A stretch of DNA of 64,000 bases from Gloeomargarita sp. SKYG116. Its GTDB lineage: Bacteria > Cyanobacteriota > Cyanobacteriia > Gloeomargaritales > Gloeomargaritaceae. Of this stretch, positions 37,110-45,458 are shown in pieces; positions within the stretch are counted from its first letter, which is position 1; each line of letters starts with the position of its first letter. The DNA lies in contig JANWVM010000001.1 of assembly GCA_025056115.1 (NCBI GenBank), forward strand, positions 11,643 to 75,642, written 5' to 3'. Made by a program: the position numbers and the translations under genes. Under the pieces are notes generated by a model. The model searched no databases and was not told the DNA's origin. It saw only the letters and a program-made list of their open reading frames with translations.

Positions 37110-37892
37110 CTAATAGCCGTTGGCGTCCTGATCCACCGTCACGGGGCAGGCAACCCGCACGACGCCGCTGGTGTACCGGCCATCGGGGAGCAACTCCAAC
37201 CAGCGAAAACCGGGAAACGCCGGGTCCAGGGTAAAGGTATCAGCCTGGGCCGCAAATTGAATACAGGTGGAGGGCGTACTGTAATAGGTCACGCCGCACC
37301 GCTGCCAAGTGTGCTCCTGATGGACATGCCCGCACAGCACCACGCGAACCTGGGGATGCCGATCCACCGCTTGCCAGAACACTTCTGGGTTGCCGACCCG
37401 ACTGTCATCCAGCCAGGGCGACCCCACCGGAAACAAGGGATGGTGCATGGCAATCAAGGTGGGTTCGGGATGCTGGGTCAGTTCCTCAGTCAATTCGGCC
37501 ATCGCTGCCCTCTGCAACCATCCCCCTACTTGGCCAGGCAGGGTCGAATCCAGTAGGACAAAATACCATCCCCCCTGGACAAACCGCTTTTCCGGTCGCC
37601 ACCCGCCCGTCGCTGCCACCTCTGCCAGGACGCTTGCTGCGTCATGATTGCCCCCGAGCCAGTACACCGGACAATCTAGGGACCGGAGGGCGTTGACCAA
37701 GTGTTGGTAGGATGCCGCACTCTCGTCTTGGGACAAGTCCCCCGTCAGCAGCACCAAATCTGGACAGTAGGCTGCCGCCTCGGTCACAACCGCTTGACAG
37801 GTCAGCCACGTCCGACAACCCAATAGGGTCTGCTGAGGGTCTGCAAAGAGATGGGTGTCCGTTAGCTGAACAACCCGCAATGGCCGCTGCAC
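37110..37892 (-). CDS. calcineurin-like metallophosphoesterase (CpdA/Icc-type)
   Basis: VVQLTDTHLF, LTGDLSQDE, GGNHD, MHHP and CGHVH. Confidence 0.75.
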   Translation of the reverse strand: MQRPLRVVQLTDTHLFADPQQTLLGCRTWLTCQAVVTEAAAYCPDLVLLTGDLSQDESAASYQHLVNALRSLDCPVYWLGGNHDAASVLAEVAATGGWRPEKRFVQGGWYFVLLDSTLPGQVGGWLQRAAMAELTEELTQHPEPTLIAMHHPLFPVGSPWLDDSRVGNPEVFWQAVDRHPQVRVVLCGHVHQEHTWQRCGVTYYSTPSTCIQFAAQADTFTLDPAFPGFRWLELLPDGRYTSGVVRVACPVTVDQDANGY

Positions 37893-37910
37893 AACCCTAG
37901 CCGTTGAGGT

Positions 37911-38135
37911 TTAGTCGTCATACACCCGGCATTCGGCGGCGTCGGGGTTCGCATCACAGTACTGCTCAAAAGAGGTTTTGGGCGTTTGAGCTTGCCGTTG
38001 ATGGGCCGCTTCTGCTTGCAATTCCTCCACCGTATCGTAGGCCACTGCGCATTCCGGCGAGTCGATCCCCTTTTGCTCACAGATCGCCCGCGCCGCTTCC
38101 AATTCCGCCTGAATTTGCGCCTGTAAATCGCTCAT
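37911..38135 (-). CDS. cp12: CP12 (Calvin-cycle GAPDH/PRK regulator)
   Basis: 74 aa. N-terminal Cys pair CEQKGIDSPEC, core AYDTVEEL, C-terminal Cys pair CDANPDAAEC, and the terminal YDD. Confidence 0.85.
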   Translation of the reverse strand: MSDLQAQIQAELEAARAICEQKGIDSPECAVAYDTVEELQAEAAHQRQAQTPKTSFEQYCDANPDAAECRVYDD

Positions 38136-38199
38136 AAAAGTCCCACCAATGAACTACCTACTTTTGTATCTCAGATACAGGTGTCGTACCTAGTCCATT

Positions 38200-38883
38200 C
38201 TAGTTGTTTTCAGGATTGACCGTCAGCCGTCGGGCTACCGCTGTCAATTCCGTGATGGACCGCCAACCCTGATGCACCAGCATCCAGGCCGCTTGGGGTT
38301 GCTGCACCATCACTTGGCCTAGGCGTAGGAGGTTGATTTGACCGGTTGCCGGGGTCATGGCGGCGTTGAGGTCAGGCAATGGTTGGGTCATCCCATCGCT
38401 CACCACCCGCACCATGCCCAAGCGCGGTAGGTACCCCAGCAGCTCGTAGCCTTCCATCTCCACAACGGCACAGTCAAAGCGTTCCCCCAGTTGTTGTTTT
38501 TCCTGGGGTTGCGTCACGATGCGCTGGGTCGTCAAACTCTGAACGATGGGGGCATCTAACTGCTGGGCCAACCACTGGGTTAATTCTGGGTCGCACCGGC
38601 GCGTCTCCCCCCCAGGGTGAAGCCTACAGCTTTGGCACACCACCCTCATCCCTACGGATCCGCCAGGCGTTAACGCTCCCGCTAATCCCAACAGCACCAC
38701 GGGACGCCCCTGCAGTTGACCCTGATACTTGGTCCACCAGTCGGCCAGCGCCCGCGCTCCCAGAGGCATCGGCACCACCGGCCAACGACCGGCAATCCCC
38801 CAGCGAACGGCAGCGTATTCAGGACCTTGCACTGCTAGGAGGACTAGGCCGGCGAGACCTGGGTGCGTTTCTGGGGCCACCAT
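38200..38883 (-). CDS. PNP_UDP_1 (nucleoside phosphorylase/nucleosidase) superfamily protein
   Basis: 227 aa with ...VVLLGLAGAL... and ...DCAVVEMEGYELL... motifs as in MtnN/MqnB/HpnG-type nucleosidases. Subfamily not resolved. Confidence 0.5.
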   Translation of the reverse strand: MVAPETHPGLAGLVLLAVQGPEYAAVRWGIAGRWPVVPMPLGARALADWWTKYQGQLQGRPVVLLGLAGALTPGGSVGMRVVCQSCRLHPGGETRRCDPELTQWLAQQLDAPIVQSLTTQRIVTQPQEKQQLGERFDCAVVEMEGYELLGYLPRLGMVRVVSDGMTQPLPDLNAAMTPATGQINLLRLGQVMVQQPQAAWMLVHQGWRSITELTAVARRLTVNPENN

Positions 38884-39722
38884 TGCAACAGGTTTAATAG
38901 CAAGCGGGACAGGCGCGGCAACAGACGCGGTTGGAGCAATTGCGGGTCAAAGGCTTGCATCCGGCGTGCATTTTCCTGGACACAGGTCTGGAGGAAGCTC
39001 CGCAACGTCAAATCAGGGGCAAACACAAGCGCACCGGTAGCTGTAAATCCCGTACCGCTGGTGGCCGCTCCCTGCACGGACCCGACCAGATGACTCAGGG
39101 CTTTGCCATAGTTCCAGAGGGTATTGAGGCCCCGGTACCAGAAAAATCCTCGCCCGCTACGTGCTTGCTGGTAGGCCATCCAATTCACAAAAAACACGAT
39201 GTGGCGGGCCTCTTCGTCAATGATGGGGTCAAACAAGGTGAACAAAGCCTCCGGGAAAAAGCCAGACGCTTGGGCGATGCGGAAAAACCCAAACGCAAAA
39301 AACGAGTCCAAACACTCGCTGTAGCCGAAATCAATAAATGCCTGTCGCAAGTTCCTAGGTGGCTGGTAGGGAGGGTCTATCTCGGCCGCAATGCCATAGT
39401 GCTGCACTAGGCAGGCCAACAATCGCCCATGGCGCGCCTCTTCTTCAGCTTGCAGGGCCACGGCTTCTCGCACTAGCGGGTCCTCAATCTCCTCGGCAAA
39501 GGCGCGCGCCATCAGACCCGCTCGCTTCTCAGTCGCCAACGCCTCCTGCCAGAAGGGAATCTCCCGCAGGAAAGCAAGGGTTTCTGCATCGAGGTCAGGC
39601 CAGACGAACTGCGTGGGGTCGTAGGAACGGTGTGTCTCTAGCAAACTGCGACAGAACAACTCCTTGTGTGCCGGGCTACCCACACGCATTGTCAATGCTT
39701 CCCTCCCCACATTACCGGTCAT
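38844..39722 (-). CDS. ferritin-like diiron (ExxH x2) oxygenase-family protein
   Basis: 292 aa (or 281 aa from the MRVGS start at 39689). Two EEARH motifs (LQAEEEARHGRLL and IIDEEARHIVFF) lie roughly 100 residues apart, as in diiron carboxylate proteins. Confidence 0.55.
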   Translation of the reverse strand: MTGNVGREALTMRVGSPAHKELFCRSLLETHRSYDPTQFVWPDLDAETLAFLREIPFWQEALATEKRAGLMARAFAEEIEDPLVREAVALQAEEEARHGRLLACLVQHYGIAAEIDPPYQPPRNLRQAFIDFGYSECLDSFFAFGFFRIAQASGFFPEALFTLFDPIIDEEARHIVFFVNWMAYQQARSGRGFFWYRGLNTLWNYGKALSHLVGSVQGAATSGTGFTATGALVFAPDLTLRSFLQTCVQENARRMQAFDPQLLQPRLLPRLSRLLLNLLQWWPQKRTQVSPA

Positions 39723-39810
39723 ACATCACCATACGTGATGGACCGCTGCTTTGGCAAATTCGGGCGATGAATACGGGTGATAAAGTATTGATTGGTCTGA
39801 GGATATACTG

Positions 39811-41283
39811 ATGTCGCTGATTCAGCACCTGCAAACCCAACTGCGCCAGGGTGAAACCACCAGTGTCGCTCTGGTCGAACAGTACCTGGAACGCATTCGC
39901 CAACGGGAACCACATATCAAAGGCTACCTCACGGTCACTGCCGAGACGGCCCTAGCCCAAGCGCAGGAAATGGATGCCCGTCGCGCCCAAGGGGAGGACT
40001 TGGGATGGCTCATGGGAATTCCCATGGCTTTGAAGGACAACCTATGCACGCAGGGGATTCCGACGACCTGCGCGTCCCGCATTCTCCAGGACTATATTCC
40101 CCCCTACAACGCCACGGTGGTGGAGCGATTGCTGCAGGCAGGCGCGGTTATCCTGGGCAAGACCAATCTAGACGAATTCGCCATGGGCAGTTCCACCGAG
40201 CATTCCGCCTACCAAGTCACGGCCAATCCTTGGGATGTTACCCGCGTGCCGGGGGGGTCTTCAGGCGGCTCGGGGGCAGTGGTGGCGGCCCAGGAATGCG
40301 TTGCGGCGTTGGGGTCGGATACGGGCGGGTCCATCCGGCTGCCGGCCTCGTTTTGCGGGGTGGTGGGCCTCAAACCGACCTACGGGCGGGTGTCGCGCTA
40401 CGGGTTGGTGGCCTATGCCTCGTCCCTGGACCAAATTGGCCCGCTGGCTCCCACAGTCATGGATACGGCTATCGTTCTCCAAGCCATCGCCGGTCATGAC
40501 CCCCGGGATAGCACTAGCATTGCTGCGCCGGTACCTGACTATGCCCAGGCGTTGACGGCTTTACCGCCTGAACAACCCTTGGCTGGTGTGACCTTGGGGG
40601 TGATTCAGGAAACCTTGGGCGAGGGGCTGGACCCACACGTGCGCCGGGCGTTTGAAACAGCCGTCCACCAGTTGGAACAATTGGGGGCGCAGGTGATTCC
40701 TATCTCCTGTCCCACTTTTGCGACGGGACTGGCTGCGTATTACATCCTGGCACCAGCAGAGGCTTCGGCCAATCTAGCGCGTTACGACGGCGTAAAATAC
40801 GGCTTGCGGGTACCGGCGGCAGATGTTGTGACGATGTACCAACAAACGCGGGGGCAAGGGTTCGGTTCAGAGGTCAAGCGGCGGATTATGCTGGGCACCT
40901 ACACCCTGTCGCGCGGCTATTACGACGCCTATTACTTGCAGGCGCAGAAGGTGCGGACTTTGATCCGGCGAGATTTTGACCAGGCGTTTACCCAGGTGCA
41001 GGCGTTGTTGTCGCCCACGGCCCCAGTGCCGGCCTTTCCCATCGGCAGTAAGCGCAACGACCCCTTGAGCATGTACTTGACGGACTTGATGACGATTCCG
41101 GTGAATCTGGCGGGGCTACCGGCGGTGAGTATCCCCTGTGGTTTTACGCCCGAGGGGTTGCCGATTGGGTTGCAGGTGATTGGGCCGGTGTTACAGGAAA
41201 CCCGCATCCTGCAAATTGCGTACGCTTACGAACAAAGTACGCCGTGGCATCGGCAAGTGCCGCCGTTGGTGCGTGATGGCTAA
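39811..41283 (+). CDS. gatA: Glu-tRNA(Gln)/Asp-tRNA(Asn) amidotransferase subunit A
   Basis: 490 aa. Amidase signature [13 protein letters not shown] and ALKDN. Confidence 0.95.
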   Translation: MSLIQHLQTQLRQGETTSVALVEQYLERIRQREPHIKGYLTVTAETALAQAQEMDARRAQGEDLGWLMGIPMALKDNLCTQGIPTTCASRILQDYIPPYNATVVERLLQAGAVILGKTNLDEFAMGSSTEHSAYQVTANPWDVTRVPGGSSGGSGAVVAAQECVAALGSDTGGSIRLPASFCGVVGLKPTYGRVSRYGLVAYASSLDQIGPLAPTVMDTAIVLQAIAGHDPRDSTSIAAPVPDYAQALTALPPEQPLAGVTLGVIQETLGEGLDPHVRRAFETAVHQLEQLGAQVIPISCPTFATGLAAYYILAPAEASANLARYDGVKYGLRVPAADVVTMYQQTRGQGFGSEVKRRIMLGTYTLSRGYYDAYYLQAQKVRTLIRRDFDQAFTQVQALLSPTAPVPAFPIGSKRNDPLSMYLTDLMTIPVNLAGLPAVSIPCGFTPEGLPIGLQVIGPVLQETRILQIAYAYEQSTPWHRQVPPLVRDG

Positions 41284-41806
41284 GGGTTGGACAGTTGCGG
41301 TGGTCAGTGCGCTGGTGGGGGCAGGGATGGCCGCAGGCGTCGTCGGTTGGTTCCGGTGGCGGCGGCAACCCACGACCCCTAGTCAACAGCTTTCTACTGG
41401 TCCGGCCTCCCCACAGCCCACACCGGTCAGGAGCGGGGGACAGGGGCGAGGTGTCACCGGGGCGACGCCAATGGTCAACCGGGAGCAGGCAGCCATTGTC
41501 CTCATTCAAAACCTGTACCAAGCCCTATCAGCGAAAAATTGGGCAGAGGCGGCCAAGGCCTATACACCAGCCATGCAAGCCCAGTTTGACCCGACCTTTT
41601 TTGCCCAGTTTACCCGCGTGACGGTCTACGACCTGCGGCTGATGGAACAAACCCCTGACCGCCTGGAACTGATTGGCCGCAATACGTATTTTTATCTCGA
41701 CGGTACCACCCAGGAGGAAGAACGCAGCTACACAGTGGTCTGGCAGGATGGACGCCCCTTAATCGCTGATTCGCGGTTTCTGCGGGTGCTCAAACCACGC
41801 AGCTGA
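41276..41806 (+). CDS. membrane-anchored hypothetical protein (176 aa)
   Basis: The ATG at 41276 overlaps the gatA stop by 8 nt. N-terminal TM helix, a Pro/Gly linker, then a globular domain. The track start at 41180 lies inside gatA and was rejected. Confidence 0.45.
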   Translation: MAKGWTVAVVSALVGAGMAAGVVGWFRWRRQPTTPSQQLSTGPASPQPTPVRSGGQGRGVTGATPMVNREQAAIVLIQNLYQALSAKNWAEAAKAYTPAMQAQFDPTFFAQFTRVTVYDLRLMEQTPDRLELIGRNTYFYLDGTTQEEERSYTVVWQDGRPLIADSRFLRVLKPRS

Positions 41807-41808
41807 AC

Positions 41809-42396
41809 TCAGCGAGCCTGGCGGTGTTGCCATTTCCACAGGGCTGCTGACAACCCATTGGTCACCCCATGCGCGACGACAGCCACCAGGAGATTGTCCC
41901 GCCACAGCACCACCCCTCCCAAGGCCAGACCAATGACCGTCGCCCAGAGACCATAAGGCCACTGTCGCCAGCCCCCCATGTGCAGAATCCCAAAACACAG
42001 GCTACTGACCAGCAGCCCCAGCCACGGCGGTTGCAGCGCCGGCAAAATCACCCCCCGAAACAATAGTTCCTCGCTCAGGGCAGGCAGCAGGGTCAACCAC
42101 AGCAAGTCCGGCCAGGCCAGCGGCGTCAACACCAGGGACATGTAGTCTTCACTGCAAGCCCGGTAACTCGGCCACAACCAGTGCATGACCCGGCTTAACC
42201 CCGTAATGGTCAATCCTAGGGCCATCCCCCAGCCCACATCCTCGACACGCCACACCCAGGGAAATTGGGCCAGCGGGTCAAAAAATTGCCACAGGCGGGC
42301 CACCAGCAATAAACCCACGGCCGTCAGTCCCATCGCCGCTAGAATTTCCAGGCGGGTCAATCGCGGACTAGCCGTCATCGTGGCACCTCCGCCCAC
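41809..42396 (-). CDS. CPBP-family (CAAX-type) intramembrane glutamic protease
   Basis: SEELLFRG, FGILH and HGVTN motifs in a polytopic membrane protein. Confidence 0.75.
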   Translation of the reverse strand: MGGGATMTASPRLTRLEILAAMGLTAVGLLLVARLWQFFDPLAQFPWVWRVEDVGWGMALGLTITGLSRVMHWLWPSYRACSEDYMSLVLTPLAWPDLLWLTLLPALSEELLFRGVILPALQPPWLGLLVSSLCFGILHMGGWRQWPYGLWATVIGLALGGVVLWRDNLLVAVVAHGVTNGLSAALWKWQHRQAR

Positions 42397-43408
42397 ACCA
42401 GCGCCAATCCACCCCCGCCTTGTGCGCTGCCAGCACGCCGATGGCCTCCAAGTAGGAACGGACGCTCACGGCGGGAATGCCCAACGCGGCTGGCGGGACC
42501 GCCATGCGAGATACGTTTTCTTCAACCGCAATGATCAGCTTCCCCTGGGCCGCCCAATGCAACACGGCAGGGCCTCCGCAAGCCGTCGCTGGCACTACCA
42601 CGGCGTCCACCGCTTCTGTCCACACACCGCCCACTGCCCGCTGCGCTACATAACCCGGCGCTCGGCTCAAGCCCACTAAGACTGACGGTAAAAAGGTATA
42701 GCCCAACTCTTCGGCGGTCGCGCGAGGGTCCACCGTGGCGTCGAGGGGTAAAGGCGACAGGGCGGGCGCATGAGCGCAGGGAAGTTGAAATGCCTGCACC
42801 ACTAAATGACTGAGGATGGCTTCCGCGCCTGCTAGGGGGTCCACCCCCTGCCCTTGTCGGTACATCTGCACCATCACTGGGTCGGCGTCGGGAAACCGGG
42901 CCACCACAGCCACGGCGGTCACACGATAGCGCTCTTTCAAGTCCGCAACAGCCCGCAACAAACTTGCCGGTTGGGCAATCGTTCCCCAACTGGAACCAGA
43001 AGCCGTCGTCTGCAAGGTCACCCCTAGCGGTTGGTCGGTCAGCACCCAACCAGCGATATTCAACCCGAGCGTGGCCTGGGCTGCCTGGATTGCTTGCTGA
43101 TGCCTGAGCAGTAAGTCGGGTTCAATACCGCTATCCAACACAACGCCAAGCCGTTGTTGATGCACCGGCTGCAAGCCCCATACACCAGCGGCAAATTGGT
43201 TCAGGGCATACCCCTCCACATACCATACCCGTTCACTGGGCCAGTACAGCATGGCGCCGTTTAACACGTTGGGATGGGTAATCAAACAATCCACCACTGC
43301 TGCCATGGCCCGCGCCACCGGTAGGGCATCGCCGGCATAGCCACCCACTGCCGCCCCAATCCCTGTGGGAATCACCAACGCTGCGGTATAGGGACGTTGG
43401 CAGACCAT
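42368..43408 (-). CDS. DUF3326-family protein (cyanobacteria/plants, function unknown)
   Basis: 346 aa. ALVIPTGIGAAVGGYAGDALP... near the N-terminus. Family assignment is from memory. Confidence 0.55.
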   Translation of the reverse strand: MVCQRPYTAALVIPTGIGAAVGGYAGDALPVARAMAAVVDCLITHPNVLNGAMLYWPSERVWYVEGYALNQFAAGVWGLQPVHQQRLGVVLDSGIEPDLLLRHQQAIQAAQATLGLNIAGWVLTDQPLGVTLQTTASGSSWGTIAQPASLLRAVADLKERYRVTAVAVVARFPDADPVMVQMYRQGQGVDPLAGAEAILSHLVVQAFQLPCAHAPALSPLPLDATVDPRATAEELGYTFLPSVLVGLSRAPGYVAQRAVGGVWTEAVDAVVVPATACGGPAVLHWAAQGKLIIAVEENVSRMAVPPAALGIPAVSVRSYLEAIGVLAAHKAGVDWRWCGRRCHDDG

Positions 43409-43411
43409 TCC

Positions 43412-43846
43412 CTAAAACATTTGGGTTTCTTCCGTGTTGACCGTCGCCGATTTGATGCTGCGAAAATCAATCGCCTCGGTGTGCTTTTTGAATTCCTCGT
43501 CGGTCATGTAGGTAATTGAATAGCGGGCTTGCACATCGCCAAAACTAATCAAGTCGCCGTCTTTGAGTTCCCCAGAGGTCCACTCTTTATTATTCACCCG
43601 TGTCCCGTTAGCGCTGCGATTGCCTTGGGCATCCCCGTCCATCAACCGGTAGCGATACCCCTTGGTTTCGGGATTCGGCAACCGCAGTAAAATGGCATGC
43701 CGCCGTGAGACAGTTTTTGATTTCAGCACGATTGCGTTGCTGGGGTCGCGCCCTAGGGAGTAAGTCGCCGCTTCTAGGGCAATGGCGCGGGGACCATCGT
43801 CGTCCTGAATAATCAGTAAATGCCGCTCGCGGGGCGTGTCGCTCAT
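43412..43846 (-). CDS. FHA-domain protein
   Basis: 144 aa. SLGRDPSNAIVLKSKTVSRRHAILL...SANGTRVNN...GDLISFG. Confidence 0.8.
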   Translation of the reverse strand: MSDTPRERHLLIIQDDDGPRAIALEAATYSLGRDPSNAIVLKSKTVSRRHAILLRLPNPETKGYRYRLMDGDAQGNRSANGTRVNNKEWTSGELKDGDLISFGDVQARYSITYMTDEEFKKHTEAIDFRSIKSATVNTEETQMF

Positions 43847-43919
43847 AAAGCACCTGTGACCAGGACCAGCCAGTGGGACATATTATTTCCCCATCATACG
43901 CTACTCCTTGCGGGTTGGA

Positions 43920-45398
43920 TCACTCAGCTAACTTTTGTTTCAACAATTCGTTGGTGCGTTTGGGGTCGGCTCGCCCGTTGGTGTGCTGCATGACTTTGCC
44001 GACAAAAAAACCAAACAGTTTTGTCTTGCCCGCGCGATATTGGCTCAGTTCTTGGGGATGGGCCGCCAGCACTTCATCAATCCAAGCGCTGAGGATGTCT
44101 GGGTCGGACACCTGGGTTAACCCCCGCGCTTCCACCAGGGCTTTGGGCGATCCCCCTTGCGCCAGTAATTCCGGTAGCAGGTCCTTGGCAATTTTGCCGC
44201 TGATCGTACCCGCCTGAATTAACCCGATCAATTCCGCCAGTTGGTGGGGACGACAGGCCACAGTGCGGATGTCTTGCTTTTGGGCCTTCAGCCAGGCGGT
44301 GACGTCCCCAGTCAACCAATTTGCCGCCAGCTTGGGATCCGCCCCTGCCGCCACCGTCGCTTCAAAGTACTCGGCCATGCTCCGTTCATCGGTCAATACC
44401 CGAGCGTCGTAAGCAGATAAGTGCAGTTCTTCTTCGTAGCGACGCCGTTTGGCCGCTGGCAGCTCGGGGAGTTCTTGTCGCCAACGCTCGATTTGTTCCG
44501 GCGTGAGTTGGATGGGGGGCAAATCCGGTTCGGGGAAATAGCGATAATCGCTAGCCCCCTCTTTGCTGCGCATGCTGACGGTGCGTTGTCCGACCTCATC
44601 CCACAGGCGAGTTTCTTGAACAATCGGTTCGCCCTTTTCCAGCGCTGTGATTTGCCGCTTGGCCTCATAGTCAATGGCTCGCTGGAGGGCATTAAACGAA
44701 TTTAAGTTTTTGATTTCCACCTTGGTGCCGAAACGGGTTTCCCCCACCGGTCGCACCGAAATGTTCACATCGCAGCGCAGCGACCCTTCCTGCATATTCC
44801 CGTCGCATACCCCCAGATACCGAACAATCCGGCGCAACTCCTGGGCATATTCCGCTGCTTCTGCCCCGGAGCGCAAATCCGGCCCGCTGACAATCTCACA
44901 TAGGGGTACACCCGCCCGGTTGAAATCCACTAGGGAATAGTCGGACCCCGACAACCGCTCAGCCCCCGCATGGACTAACTTGCCCGCATCTTCTTCCATG
45001 TGCAACCGCTGGATGGTCACCCGCTTGCGATAAAAGTTCCCCTGGGCATCCGGCAGTTCGATTTCCAGCCAGCCGTTGGTGGCGATAGGGAGGTCATATT
45101 GGGAAATTTGATAGTTCTTGGGCAGGTCGGGATAGAAGTACTGCTTACGGTCGAATTTGCTGTAGGGGGCAATCGTGCAGTTCAAGGCCAGAGCCGTTTT
45201 CACCGCGAACACCAAGACCTGTTCGTTCAACACGGGCAAGACGCCAGGATGCCCTAAACACACAGGACACACTTGCGTGTTGGGAGGCGCGCCAAACGCT
45301 GTACTACAGCCGCAGAAAATTTTACTGGCCGTTTTGAGTTGACAGTGGATTTCCAAACCAATGATGGTTTCGTAGCGAGTGGCAACGGTTGCGCTCAT
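43920..45398 (-). CDS. gatB: Glu-tRNA(Gln)/Asp-tRNA(Asn) amidotransferase subunit B
   Basis: 492 aa. IGLEIHCQL..., KIFCGC, CPVCLGHPG, and a C-terminal YqeY-like tail. Confidence 0.95.
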   Translation of the reverse strand: MSATVATRYETIIGLEIHCQLKTASKIFCGCSTAFGAPPNTQVCPVCLGHPGVLPVLNEQVLVFAVKTALALNCTIAPYSKFDRKQYFYPDLPKNYQISQYDLPIATNGWLEIELPDAQGNFYRKRVTIQRLHMEEDAGKLVHAGAERLSGSDYSLVDFNRAGVPLCEIVSGPDLRSGAEAAEYAQELRRIVRYLGVCDGNMQEGSLRCDVNISVRPVGETRFGTKVEIKNLNSFNALQRAIDYEAKRQITALEKGEPIVQETRLWDEVGQRTVSMRSKEGASDYRYFPEPDLPPIQLTPEQIERWRQELPELPAAKRRRYEEELHLSAYDARVLTDERSMAEYFEATVAAGADPKLAANWLTGDVTAWLKAQKQDIRTVACRPHQLAELIGLIQAGTISGKIAKDLLPELLAQGGSPKALVEARGLTQVSDPDILSAWIDEVLAAHPQELSQYRAGKTKLFGFFVGKVMQHTNGRADPKRTNELLKQKLAE

Positions 45399-45458
45399 AC
45401 GGCCCTGAGACCCAAGGTATTTCTAATTTACTATACGACCCCTAGAGAAACGCCGGCG

